Notes under the pieces: generated by a model
Databases searched by the model: none
The model's input: the letters and a program-made list of their open reading frames with translations, nothing else
What the model was told of the DNA's origin: nothing
Source: Acaryochloris marina MBIC11017
GTDB lineage: Bacteria; Cyanobacteriota; Cyanobacteriia; Thermosynechococcales; Thermosynechococcaceae
DNA: 32,000 nt
Assembly (NCBI RefSeq): GCF_000018105.1
Contig: NC_009931.1
Span: 62,962-94,961 of the forward strand
Reading direction: 5' to 3'
Shown here: positions 17,011 through 24,608 of the stretch, one piece after another
Numbering within the stretch: the stretch's first letter is position 1
Layout of the letters: every line of letters begins with the position of its first letter
Program-made: the position numbers and the translations under genes

Positions 17011-17490
17011 ATGGCCCGTGCGATCGCAGAAAAATGCAGGCGGTGTTCCAAGCTACCCGTGGAAGAAGCCAAGTCAAAAGAGTGCTGGGTGGGCCAGCGT
17101 TGCCATGTCCGTCGTTCCTCGTATAAACACCGCGATCGCTATAACCGAAACAAAAAGCGTAAATATCAGCTTCAGACGGGGAAGCTGATACCTGAAGTTA
17201 AGGTGGAAGTCCCCGTCAAACCTGCGGCCATTCGACGGATGTATCGAGCGAGAAGGGATGCCCCCCTACATGCCATGTCAGCGGAGCTGTGGATAGGCCA
17301 AAAGCGGGTTGCGATCGTCGAGCCTGTCCATACCCTGGGGTGGACTAACTCTGATGTGACGAAGTACTCAAGGAATATACTCAACCGTTTCTCTGAGCAT
17401 CTAGACGGTAAAGTACTGCATCAGTTTGATTCACAAGTCGAAGTGGATCCAAGTCAATGCCCGATTCGTCCCTGCCCTTTGTTCCCGTAG
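17011..17490 (+). CDS. Hypothetical basic protein with an N-terminal Cys cluster (zinc-ribbon-like)
   Basis: 159-aa ORF. It has CRRCSKLPVEEAKSKECWVGQRCH followed by the Arg/Lys-rich stretch RRSSYKHRDRYNRNKKRKYQ. It ends with CPIRPCP. The stop lies 13 nt before the next gene's ATG, and that gene's AGGAGG ribosome-binding site (17489-17494) overlaps the stop codon, suggesting co-transcription. Confidence 0.65.
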   Translation: MARAIAEKCRRCSKLPVEEAKSKECWVGQRCHVRRSSYKHRDRYNRNKKRKYQLQTGKLIPEVKVEVPVKPAAIRRMYRARRDAPLHAMSAELWIGQKRVAIVEPVHTLGWTNSDVTKYSRNILNRFSEHLDGKVLHQFDSQVEVDPSQCPIRPCPLFP

Positions 17491-17503
17491 GAGGCTGTTC
17501 ACG

Positions 17504-18169
17504 ATGGCATTACAACTGGAACTCGATCTTTGGCAGCAGTTGAATCAAGCGGAAGCGGTTCCAGTGGAGAGTGACCTCCAGCAGTTGCAGGAGCGATTGG
17601 ACTTAGTGATAGCCCAGTTGCCATTAGAGGAGAAGTTATCTACGGCGGGGACTGCCCTTTTGCAGATGGCGGAAATCTTGAGTCGGCGAGCGGAGGTCTT
17701 CCTCAGGGACTGGCGAGATACCTACAACGATGACGGTCCCATCCTTGATTTGGATGACGAAATGGGGATGGTTCGGCAATCCATGGTGTTAGACGATGAT
17801 CTACTTGCTGAACCCGAGCCGGTGACTCGGCGAACATTACCCAAAGAGGAGAGTGAGTCGATCGTTGTGCTCAAGGACAAGGCATCGTTGCTGGAAGAGC
17901 TGGAGACTGAGTTAAGGGTTGAGCAACCTGATGAAGTCTTGCAAGTCTTGGAAGAAGAGGATGTTTTGGCATGGGTACATGCCATCTCAACGTACTTACA
18001 AGGGACATCTGGGATGGTGCCTTTGGTCGAGCTAAAGCAGGAGCTACAGCTGTCACTTGTTCCTATCTGGCTAGGAATGCTACTCGGTGGATTTAAGTTT
18101 GAGCAGCGGGGTGGGTTTTACGATCAGAATGTCTGGATTGAAACGGGTGCCTTGAACAGCCAGCCTTGA
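17504..18169 (+). CDS. Hypothetical acidic protein; C-terminus resembles a kleisin (ScpA-like) winged helix; paralog of 21977-22600
   Basis: The tracked ORF is 17426-18169. I prefer the ATG at 17504, which is preceded by AGGAGG with 9-nt spacing. The 221-aa protein is very acidic in the middle. The C-terminus LVELKQELQLSLVPIWLGMLLGGFKFEQRGGFYDQNVWIE is shared with the 21977 ORF. Confidence 0.7.
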   Translation: MALQLELDLWQQLNQAEAVPVESDLQQLQERLDLVIAQLPLEEKLSTAGTALLQMAEILSRRAEVFLRDWRDTYNDDGPILDLDDEMGMVRQSMVLDDDLLAEPEPVTRRTLPKEESESIVVLKDKASLLEELETELRVEQPDEVLQVLEEEDVLAWVHAISTYLQGTSGMVPLVELKQELQLSLVPIWLGMLLGGFKFEQRGGFYDQNVWIETGALNSQP

Positions 18170-18624
18170 AGACTATCACCCTTTTTTCGAAGACCTATGC
18201 AAGAAGCCGTACCTGGATAACTCGGATGAGATGCCAGTGATACACTCAATCAGCGAATCGAATACGAATCACGGAGCAGCGGGTGACACAACAGGAGTCC
18301 ATTGACCATGATGGTCTGTTCAAAGAACTGATCGAGACGTTCTTTTGGGAATTCTTAGATTTGTTTTTACCTCAAGTCTTAGACTATGTGGAGCGCGGAC
18401 CCGTCACGTTTTTGTATCAGGAAGTCTTCAGCAGTATTGGCGCGGAGGAGAAGCGTATCATTGACTTGCTGGCTCAAGTCCAGTTTCGAGGACAGGACAG
18501 CTACTTTCTATTTCACATAGAACCCCAATCGTCAGTTCAAGCGGACTTTGAGAAACGCATGTTCTACTACTTCGCACGATTGCATGAGAAATATGATTTG
18601 CCCATTTACCCAGTGGTAATTTTT

Positions 18625-20009
18625 GGCTCTCCGGGAATTAGCGTGGTAGCCGCTAGATATAGTGTTTAGGTCACAGCGAATGTCTGATACCCATTGAGGT
18701 CAAGAGAAATCCTTTGGAAGAGTCTTTCAATATCGAAAATACCGTAGCATCGTCTTTTTAAGACTTTGACTCGGTTATTAAATCCTTCCACAAAACCACT
18801 GGTCCACCCCTCCAGGAAATAGTTGGTCATCTCGTCCATCCAATTATTGATAGTGGTCAGAAAACTATCGAATTCCTTGATGCCACTCTTGAGTACTTGT
18901 TTACACCAAGCTCGGATGGCACATTTAGCTCCATGCTTGGTGTACCTGCCCTCAAATATCTGCGTGAGTTTCTCTCGGAGATTGTACGCCTGTTTCAGTT
19001 GTGGAGAATAAGCAAACAATCGCTCAAGGAGTTGTTGCTCTGACTCTTTCAGATTCTCTGGTCGTTTTCTAAAAGGCCACATCGCGCCTTTGATGCTGTC
19101 ATACTCTTGCTTAGAAAGCTCTCGTCGTAGACGTTTGACCTCACGTTTACGAACCGTATCAGCACAATTACGATAGGCTTTGGTCACATGAAAGCGGTCA
19201 ATGACAATTTTGGCTTGCGGCAATTGTTCTCGGACTGCACTGACAAATCCTTGGTACATGTCCGTACAGACGCGCTCAATGGTTTGGCGTAAATCAATGG
19301 GAATCGATTGAAGGAAATTTGCCACTGTCTGCTGTTTACGGTCGGCTAGAACTGCCAATATATCCACCCCATCCGTCGTAGGAATCGTGATCAAAACCAC
19401 AAAATCACGATGGCCTCGTTTGAGAGAAATCTCATCCATCCCCATAACTTTGAGGTCTGCATATTCGCTCCAGTCAACTTGAGCGGCAATCCAACGATCA
19501 ATGATTCCACTGACGATATCCTCACTAACGCCTAGTTTTCTGGCAACATCTGAGACCGTTGAATTGATCAAGATTCGCAGAAGCCAACGCTCATATGCTT
19601 TTGTATTGGGACTGCGAGGTTCGTGCCATTCTAAATGTTGAGTTGTTGTGGGATGGTCATCGCAATACTTGCATCGATAACGCTTGGGCCGAATTTCTAA
19701 GTAAACGGGGACTTCAAATAATGGCAGGTGACGAATCCGAAAAGGCTGATCATGACAATGGAGGTCAGTAATCTCACGTCCGCATTGGTGACAGGTTGTT
19801 CCTTGAAGCGTACTCTCAATCTTGATGAGCCAATCCCCTCTCTCAGTCTTCGATAGCTCTAGAACTCGAATATCAGGAAGGTTGAGCGGGATGCGAATTG
19901 AGTTATCCATTACGCCATTGCTCTGAAGTACTACCTCAGATCATTCCATAGGGATGAAAAAGGAAACACACTAAATGTAGGACTGCTACACGCTAATTCC
20001 CAGAGAGCC
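18625..20009 (-). mobile_element. Intact ISL3-family insertion sequence (1385 bp) with 8-bp target duplication
   Basis: The terminal inverted repeats are GGCTCTCCGGGAATTAGCGTGGTAGC (left) and GGCTCTCTGGGAATTAGCGTGTAGC (right, reverse complement). The flanking direct repeat TAATTTTT occurs at 18617-18624 and 20010-20017. Confidence 0.9.
18666..19910 (-). CDS. ISL3-family transposase
   Basis: 414-aa ORF with the N-terminal zf-ISL3-like motif (CHQCGREITDLHCHD...RYRCKYC) and a DDE domain (GMDEISLKRGH...IDRFHV...GFNNRVKVLKRRCYG). Confidence 0.95.
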   Translation of the reverse strand: MDNSIRIPLNLPDIRVLELSKTERGDWLIKIESTLQGTTCHQCGREITDLHCHDQPFRIRHLPLFEVPVYLEIRPKRYRCKYCDDHPTTTQHLEWHEPRSPNTKAYERWLLRILINSTVSDVARKLGVSEDIVSGIIDRWIAAQVDWSEYADLKVMGMDEISLKRGHRDFVVLITIPTTDGVDILAVLADRKQQTVANFLQSIPIDLRQTIERVCTDMYQGFVSAVREQLPQAKIVIDRFHVTKAYRNCADTVRKREVKRLRRELSKQEYDSIKGAMWPFRKRPENLKESEQQLLERLFAYSPQLKQAYNLREKLTQIFEGRYTKHGAKCAIRAWCKQVLKSGIKEFDSFLTTINNWMDEMTNYFLEGWTSGFVEGFNNRVKVLKRRCYGIFDIERLFQRISLDLNGYQTFAVT

Positions 20010-20705
20010 TAATTTTTTCTTATGACAGCCCCCAAAAGGAAGCAGACAATAGCTACAAAGTTGAGTTTCCCGATTTCCAGGTTCTGCAGTTCAATTTTCG
20101 AGACATTCAACTGAATCGTTTGAACTGGAGAGATTTTCTGAAACGGGATAACCCTGTGGCGTCGGCATTAATGGCCAAGATGCAGATTGCTAAAGAGGAT
20201 CGGCCACGAGTCAAAGTGGAGTGTTTGAGGATGCTGGCTACCTTGCAGCTTGATCCAGCTAGAACAGAGTTCATTTCTCAATTTATCGACACGTATCTCC
20301 GACTAGAAGCAAACGAGGAGCAACGCTTTCAAACAGAAATTGATACATTAGAATTAGGAGAACGAGAAGCCATCATGCAAACTTTGACTAGCTGGGAAGA
20401 AAGGGGTTGGCAAAAAGGAGAGGTGAGTATTGTTCTACGTCAACTTAATCGGAAGTTTAATCAGCTTTCTCCCGAAATGGAAACTCAAATTCAATCCTTA
20501 GAGGTTGATCAACTTGAATCACTGAGCGAAGCACTTTTGGAATTCGAGAGCTTAGATGATTTGAACGCTTGGTTGCAAAATTTGGAGAATTCCTAAATTA
20601 GCTCTAGGTAACTGGTTATGTTAGGTGTGTGTTGCTAGTAACTAAGACTTCACACGCTTCAAGATACAATTTTCTGGTTATTACCTTATTCAATTGAATA
20701 GAGAT

Positions 20706-21827
20706 ATGACAGCAACAGGAACATCCCCGACATTACTCAGCAGTTTCAATCTTCATAATTTGCCACTCGCCAATCGTATAGTCATGGCTCCCATGACAAG
20801 ATCGCGAGCTGGGGAAGAAATGTTGGCGAATGCAATGATGGCTGAATATTACGCTCAACGGGCATCAACAGGCTTGATTGTCACAGAAGGAACCTTTATC
20901 TCAGACCAAGCCATCGGTTGGCAGCATGTCCCTGGAATTTACACCCAAGAGCAAACCCAAGCTTGGCAAGTAGTAACTAAAGCTGTTCATGAAAAAGGGG
21001 GTAAGATTTTTCTGCAACTTTGGCATTGTGGGCGAGCTTCTCACAGCAGCTTTCATCAGGATTATCAGCTTCCTGTAGCCCCCTCAGCTATCAAACTTGA
21101 GGGGGATTCAATTCATACTCCACAAGGCAAGCAGCCCTATGAAACCCCACGTGCTCTAAGTACCGATGAGATTCCACTGGTTGTTGAAGATTATCGACAA
21201 GCTGCTAGCAATGCCAAAACGGCTGGCTTTGACGGTGTGGAAATTCACAGTGCCAACGGTTATCTGCTCGATAGCTTCTTGCAAAGTAAAACCAATCAAC
21301 GTCAAGATCGTTACGGTGGAACTTTGGAAAATCGCTATCGATTTCTAAAGGAAGTTGTAGAGGCAATTTCCCAAGTCTGGTCAACTCAGCGCATCGGTGT
21401 GCGGCTTTCGCCGAATGGCGTCTATAACGACATGGGGTCTCCAGACTATCGTGAAACATTCTTGTATGTAGCTCAGCAGTTAAATGTCTTTGATTTAGCT
21501 TATCTCCACATACTAGACGGTCTGGCTTTTGGATTCCATGAGTTAGGTGAACCCATACATTTATCTGAATTTCGGACTGTCTATAACGGAACCATCATTG
21601 GCAACTGTGGTTACACTCAAAAGGATGCAGACGATAGAATTTCGAACGGTCACGCTGACTTAATTGCTTTTGGCCGTCCATTCATCAGCAATCCAGATCT
21701 AGTGGAACGATTTACGAATGGCTGGCCCTTAAATCCACCTGCCGAGCAAAGTATTTGGTATTCTTTCGAGAGAGAAGGATACACTGACTTTCCGACTTAT
21801 TTAGAATCCCAAGTCAAAACCACCTAA
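20706..21827 (+). CDS. Old Yellow Enzyme family NADH:flavin oxidoreductase / alkene reductase (NemA-like)
   Basis: The tracked ORF starts with TTG at 20694, so I prefer the ATG at 20706. LANRIVMAPMTRSRA, LWHCGRASH, HSANGYLLDSFL and FGRPFISNPDL are OYE hallmarks. Confidence 0.9.
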   Translation: MTATGTSPTLLSSFNLHNLPLANRIVMAPMTRSRAGEEMLANAMMAEYYAQRASTGLIVTEGTFISDQAIGWQHVPGIYTQEQTQAWQVVTKAVHEKGGKIFLQLWHCGRASHSSFHQDYQLPVAPSAIKLEGDSIHTPQGKQPYETPRALSTDEIPLVVEDYRQAASNAKTAGFDGVEIHSANGYLLDSFLQSKTNQRQDRYGGTLENRYRFLKEVVEAISQVWSTQRIGVRLSPNGVYNDMGSPDYRETFLYVAQQLNVFDLAYLHILDGLAFGFHELGEPIHLSEFRTVYNGTIIGNCGYTQKDADDRISNGHADLIAFGRPFISNPDLVERFTNGWPLNPPAEQSIWYSFEREGYTDFPTYLESQVKTT

Positions 21828-21976
21828 TTCAGGGTTTGCTACTATTTCTCTTCTGTACCATCATTTGTGGGCCAACCCAGCGACGAGGTAACAATATGAA
21901 ACTATCAGGAGAGGTTTGCTAAGCATTCACATCAAGTGCCTTCCTCTATCCAACTTGAGCTAGATTTTCCAGTACA

Positions 21977-22600
21977 TTGGCTTCTACTTTGGATGAACCC
22001 GAGCAGGTGGATGTCCTTCAACTCTGGGATGGGATGCTGCCAGAGTTGCAAGCCCTCTCTCAGCATGAACGGCTCCAAGTCGCTGGCGAGATGGCCCTTG
22101 GGATTACTGAAGTCTTTTGTCAGCAGGCAGGGCTGCTGATCCAGGATTGGGAGGATCGGCATAACACCCAAGGGCCAGTGCTGGATGATGACTTCTTGGC
22201 CGGGATGGTTCAAGAGACCATGTTCCTTGATGTCTCGGATCTGTGTCGGCAGCCCAAGTCACGGAAGCGACGCCAGGGGTTTTCGGGAAAGCCTGTGGAG
22301 TCCGTCGTAGGTGAGGTTAGTAAGGATGCTGTGTTGGAGTTTGTGGAGGAACTGGAAAGCGGGGAGGCGATTGCTCTGAAGGTCAGCCACGAGGAAGACG
22401 TGTCGGCTTGGGTGGGTGCGATCTTAGAGTATTTGGAAGGGACTGAGGGGGAGGTTTCGTTTGGGGAGCTGGTGAATGGGCTAAGGATGCCTGTTGTGGC
22501 GGTTTGGCTTGGGGTTCTACTTGGGGAGTTTCGGGTGGAGCAGAGAGGAGGATTTTTTGAGGGTGAAATACTGATAGAAGCATCTCACCCGTACCAATAA
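21977..22600 (+). CDS. Paralog of the 17504-18169 acidic protein (TTG start in track; probably frameshifted at its 5' end)
   Basis: It shares LIQDWEDRHNTQGPVLDDD (compare FLRDWRDTYNDDGPILDLDD), EEDVSAWVGAILEYLEGTEG (compare EEDVLAWVHAISTYLQGTSG) and VWLGVLLGEFRVEQRGGFF (compare IWLGMLLGGFKFEQRGGFY). The overlapping ORF 21936-22139 begins MPSSIQLELDF, which matches the MALQLELDL start of the first copy but in another frame. Confidence 0.65.
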   Translation: MASTLDEPEQVDVLQLWDGMLPELQALSQHERLQVAGEMALGITEVFCQQAGLLIQDWEDRHNTQGPVLDDDFLAGMVQETMFLDVSDLCRQPKSRKRRQGFSGKPVESVVGEVSKDAVLEFVEELESGEAIALKVSHEEDVSAWVGAILEYLEGTEGEVSFGELVNGLRMPVVAVWLGVLLGEFRVEQRGGFFEGEILIEASHPYQ

Positions 22601-22633
22601 TTCCGATTGAAGTCAATCGGTAAAGCTGTAGAA

Positions 22634-22697
22634 GGGGTTTGTGGGGCAATGGAACAATAAACAACGTTGTTTATTGTTCCATTGCCCCACAAACCCC
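22634..22697. repeat. 64-bp perfect palindrome (32-bp arms, no spacer)
   Basis: The left arm GGGGTTTGTGGGGCAATGGAACAATAAACAAC is followed directly by its exact reverse complement GTTGTTTATTGTTCCATTGCCCCACAAACCCC. It starts 34 nt after the stop at 22600. Confidence 0.95.
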
Positions 22698-22939
22698 AAC
22701 AAGCCTTAAATCTAGGCCATTGCAAAATTGTTTCCATGCCTTTCTTAGCAAGGCTTTAGGAGGTTGGCGACATCATAAAAGATTTCAAATGGGTTCTGTA
22801 AGATTGGCCTAAGGACAGGAAACTCCTGGGGTCAATCAGCGTCATATTTAGCACATAGGAATTGCGTAACTCTATGCTCACTATGCTCAAGCGGGCAGAG
22901 CGATACGCCTATAATGCTGTTTCATCGTCTGGTGACTTT

Positions 22940-23800
22940 ATGAAAGATGCAGTTTCCCAGCTGCCCATTTCTAAGCGTGTTGTTGTTGCTACTACTTTAG
23001 CAACAAGTCTTGCGATCTCAACTCCAAATCCAGCCCAAGCAATTCCTTTAAGAGATTTGATCTTCCGTGGAGTTCAAGTGATTCAGCTGTCCAATCTTTC
23101 ACATCAACAGGAACGGGAGCTAGGCGAGCAGATCCACCGCAACCTGCAAAACCAAGGCATGCGCTTACATCAGGGACGAACCCTCAATCGCTACGTTAAT
23201 CGCATTGGTCAGCGTTTGGTGCAAGCGGGTGCCAAACGACGGAAAGTAGTTTACCGATTTCAGGTGGTGGATGATAAACGAGTGAATGCCTATGCCACCA
23301 TGGGAGGGCGAGTCTATGTCACCACGGGTCTGATTAATGCCGCAGACAATGAAGCCCAGCTAGCTAGTGTGATTGGCCATGAAATTGGCCATATTGATCG
23401 GAAACATTTGGTCAAGCAAATTCGTAAGACGATGGTTGCCCAAGGATTAACCACAGCCATCACTGGCTCAAACCGAAGCCAAGTCGCCAATATTGGGGTC
23501 AACTTATTGGTCAGTCGCCCCCAAAGCCGGAGTGATGAATATGAAGCAGATCGCGAAGGATTAAGGCTTCTGAGGGCAGCAGACTATGCGACCTCAGCCA
23601 TGCCTGCGTTCATGCAAAAACTAGTGTCTAACCGATCCACTCCCACTTTCTTAAGTACGCACCCCGCGACCCCTGATCGCATTGAGCGTCTGGAACAATA
23701 CATTCAGTCCGGTCCTAAAAATGTGTGTGATCGCAACCCCGATCTCAGAAGTTGCGGTCTCAGTGAAAGTCGCTATCGGCAAATCGTTGGCAGTCGTTAA
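22940..23800 (+). CDS. M48-family zinc metalloprotease (secreted/periplasmic)
   Basis: The tracked ORF starts with TTG at 22862. The ATG at 22940 gives a signal-peptide-like N-terminus (VVVATTLATSLAISTPNPAQA). The HEIGHIDRKH zincin motif and the downstream EYEADREGLRLL are typical of M48 peptidases. Confidence 0.85.
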   Translation: MKDAVSQLPISKRVVVATTLATSLAISTPNPAQAIPLRDLIFRGVQVIQLSNLSHQQERELGEQIHRNLQNQGMRLHQGRTLNRYVNRIGQRLVQAGAKRRKVVYRFQVVDDKRVNAYATMGGRVYVTTGLINAADNEAQLASVIGHEIGHIDRKHLVKQIRKTMVAQGLTTAITGSNRSQVANIGVNLLVSRPQSRSDEYEADREGLRLLRAADYATSAMPAFMQKLVSNRSTPTFLSTHPATPDRIERLEQYIQSGPKNVCDRNPDLRSCGLSESRYRQIVGSR

Positions 23801-24380
23801 GGACCAGCGTGCGTATTGAAGTTAGCTCAGTAGACGAGCAAAAACCTAGCGTACCAAGCGAACCTGTTAGGTTGATGTAAAAACTACCAACGGCGTATTC
23901 CCGCAATCGAGGCATAAGCTCTGCCAGATTGCAGGGAGAATGGCGGACATCTAATTGGTCTTGGATCAGGTCATCCCAACCCGTGCGGCAAGCACCGGAT
24001 GAACCAAGTAGGCAAAACAGGTAGGTGCCATTGGCCACGCCCGATAATGCCCGAGACTGAATCGTGGAGGTCTTAATGTCTTCGTAGGAGATCATGCGGA
24101 AGAGTTCCCCGAATCCCTGAATTTCCTTATCCAGCACGGGTTGGATGGCTTCTGGCGTGCCGTCACGCCCCGTCACGCCTGTCCCTCCGGTGGTGATGAT
24201 GGGCTGTACAGATTCATCGGCAATCCAGCGAGAAACCACAGCTCGGATTTTGTAGATGTCATCGAGGACAATAACTTTTTCAGCTAGAGGATGTCCATGA
24301 CTAGACCGCAGCCCCTTCAGATGAAAGATCATCAGACCAGTCTCCAGAGCTTCTGGGAGATCATAGTTGCAACAAGGCAT
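23760..24380 (-). CDS. moaB: MoaB/MogA-family molybdenum cofactor biosynthesis protein, with atypical N-terminus and C-terminal extension (possibly decaying)
   Basis: The core is IITTGGTGVTGRDGTPEA...GFGELFR...SRALSGVANGTYLFCLLGSSGACRTGW...QLDVRHSPCN. The usual N-terminal SDTR segment is replaced by MPCCNYD. About 45 extra residues follow the normal end and overlap the M48 gene 3' end by 41 nt. Confidence 0.65.
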   Translation of the reverse strand: MPCCNYDLPEALETGLMIFHLKGLRSSHGHPLAEKVIVLDDIYKIRAVVSRWIADESVQPIITTGGTGVTGRDGTPEAIQPVLDKEIQGFGELFRMISYEDIKTSTIQSRALSGVANGTYLFCLLGSSGACRTGWDDLIQDQLDVRHSPCNLAELMPRLREYAVGSFYINLTGSLGTLGFCSSTELTSIRTLVLNDCQRFADSDFH

Positions 24381-24430
24381 GAAGAGGTAATAACGATCAT
24401 GGCCTTTACTCGAAAAAGTGGACAGTTCAT

Positions 24431-24604
24431 TTAAGCTGCAAGTGTTTGATTTCGTATCCTCCAGTAATCCTCTTCAAACTGTGAAGGGGCGCAATATCCA
24501 ATGGTTCAATGAAGTCGTTGTCGGTTGTAGAACACCTCTATCCATTCTGCAATGGTCGTCTTAGCTATCGCTCGATTAGCGAAGGTTTTGGGATAAATTA
24601 ACTC
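24431..24604 (-). pseudogene. IS3-family transposase (OrfB) C-terminal remnant with an in-frame stop
   Basis: The translation is ELIYPKTFANRAIAKTTIAEWIEVFYNRQRLH*TIGYCAPSQFEEDYW... The motif IE.FYNR.RLHS.LGY.SP..FE is diagnostic of IS3 integrase-type transposases. A TGA replaces the conserved Ser codon. Confidence 0.65.
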
Positions 24605-24608
24605 AGTT

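Larger units (their letters stand above)
18283..20596 (+). pseudogene. Rpn-family (YhgA-like PD-(D/E)XK, DUF4351-tailed) recombination-promoting nuclease gene, interrupted by ISL3
   Basis: The N-terminal part (18283-18624) reads IDHDGLFKELIETFFWEFLDLF...IIDLLAQVQF...FHIEPQS...YYFARLHEKYDLPIYPVVIF. The C-terminal part (20018-20596) carries the typical helical DUF4351-like tail. Removing 18625-20017 joins the two halves in frame to give a 306-aa protein. Confidence 0.8.

Noticed and set aside
22383-22664. Pro-rich minus-strand ORF 22383-22664, and similarly 31762-31959 (+)
   Set aside because: These are low-complexity Pro/Gln shadows antisense to better-supported coding frames (the 21977-22600 paralog and the 31802-32000 gene tail).
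22634-22697. Interpreting the 64-bp palindrome as an ordinary rho-independent terminator
   Set aside because: No T-tract follows on either strand, and the stem is far longer than in normal terminators. It is therefore reported as an unexplained palindrome.
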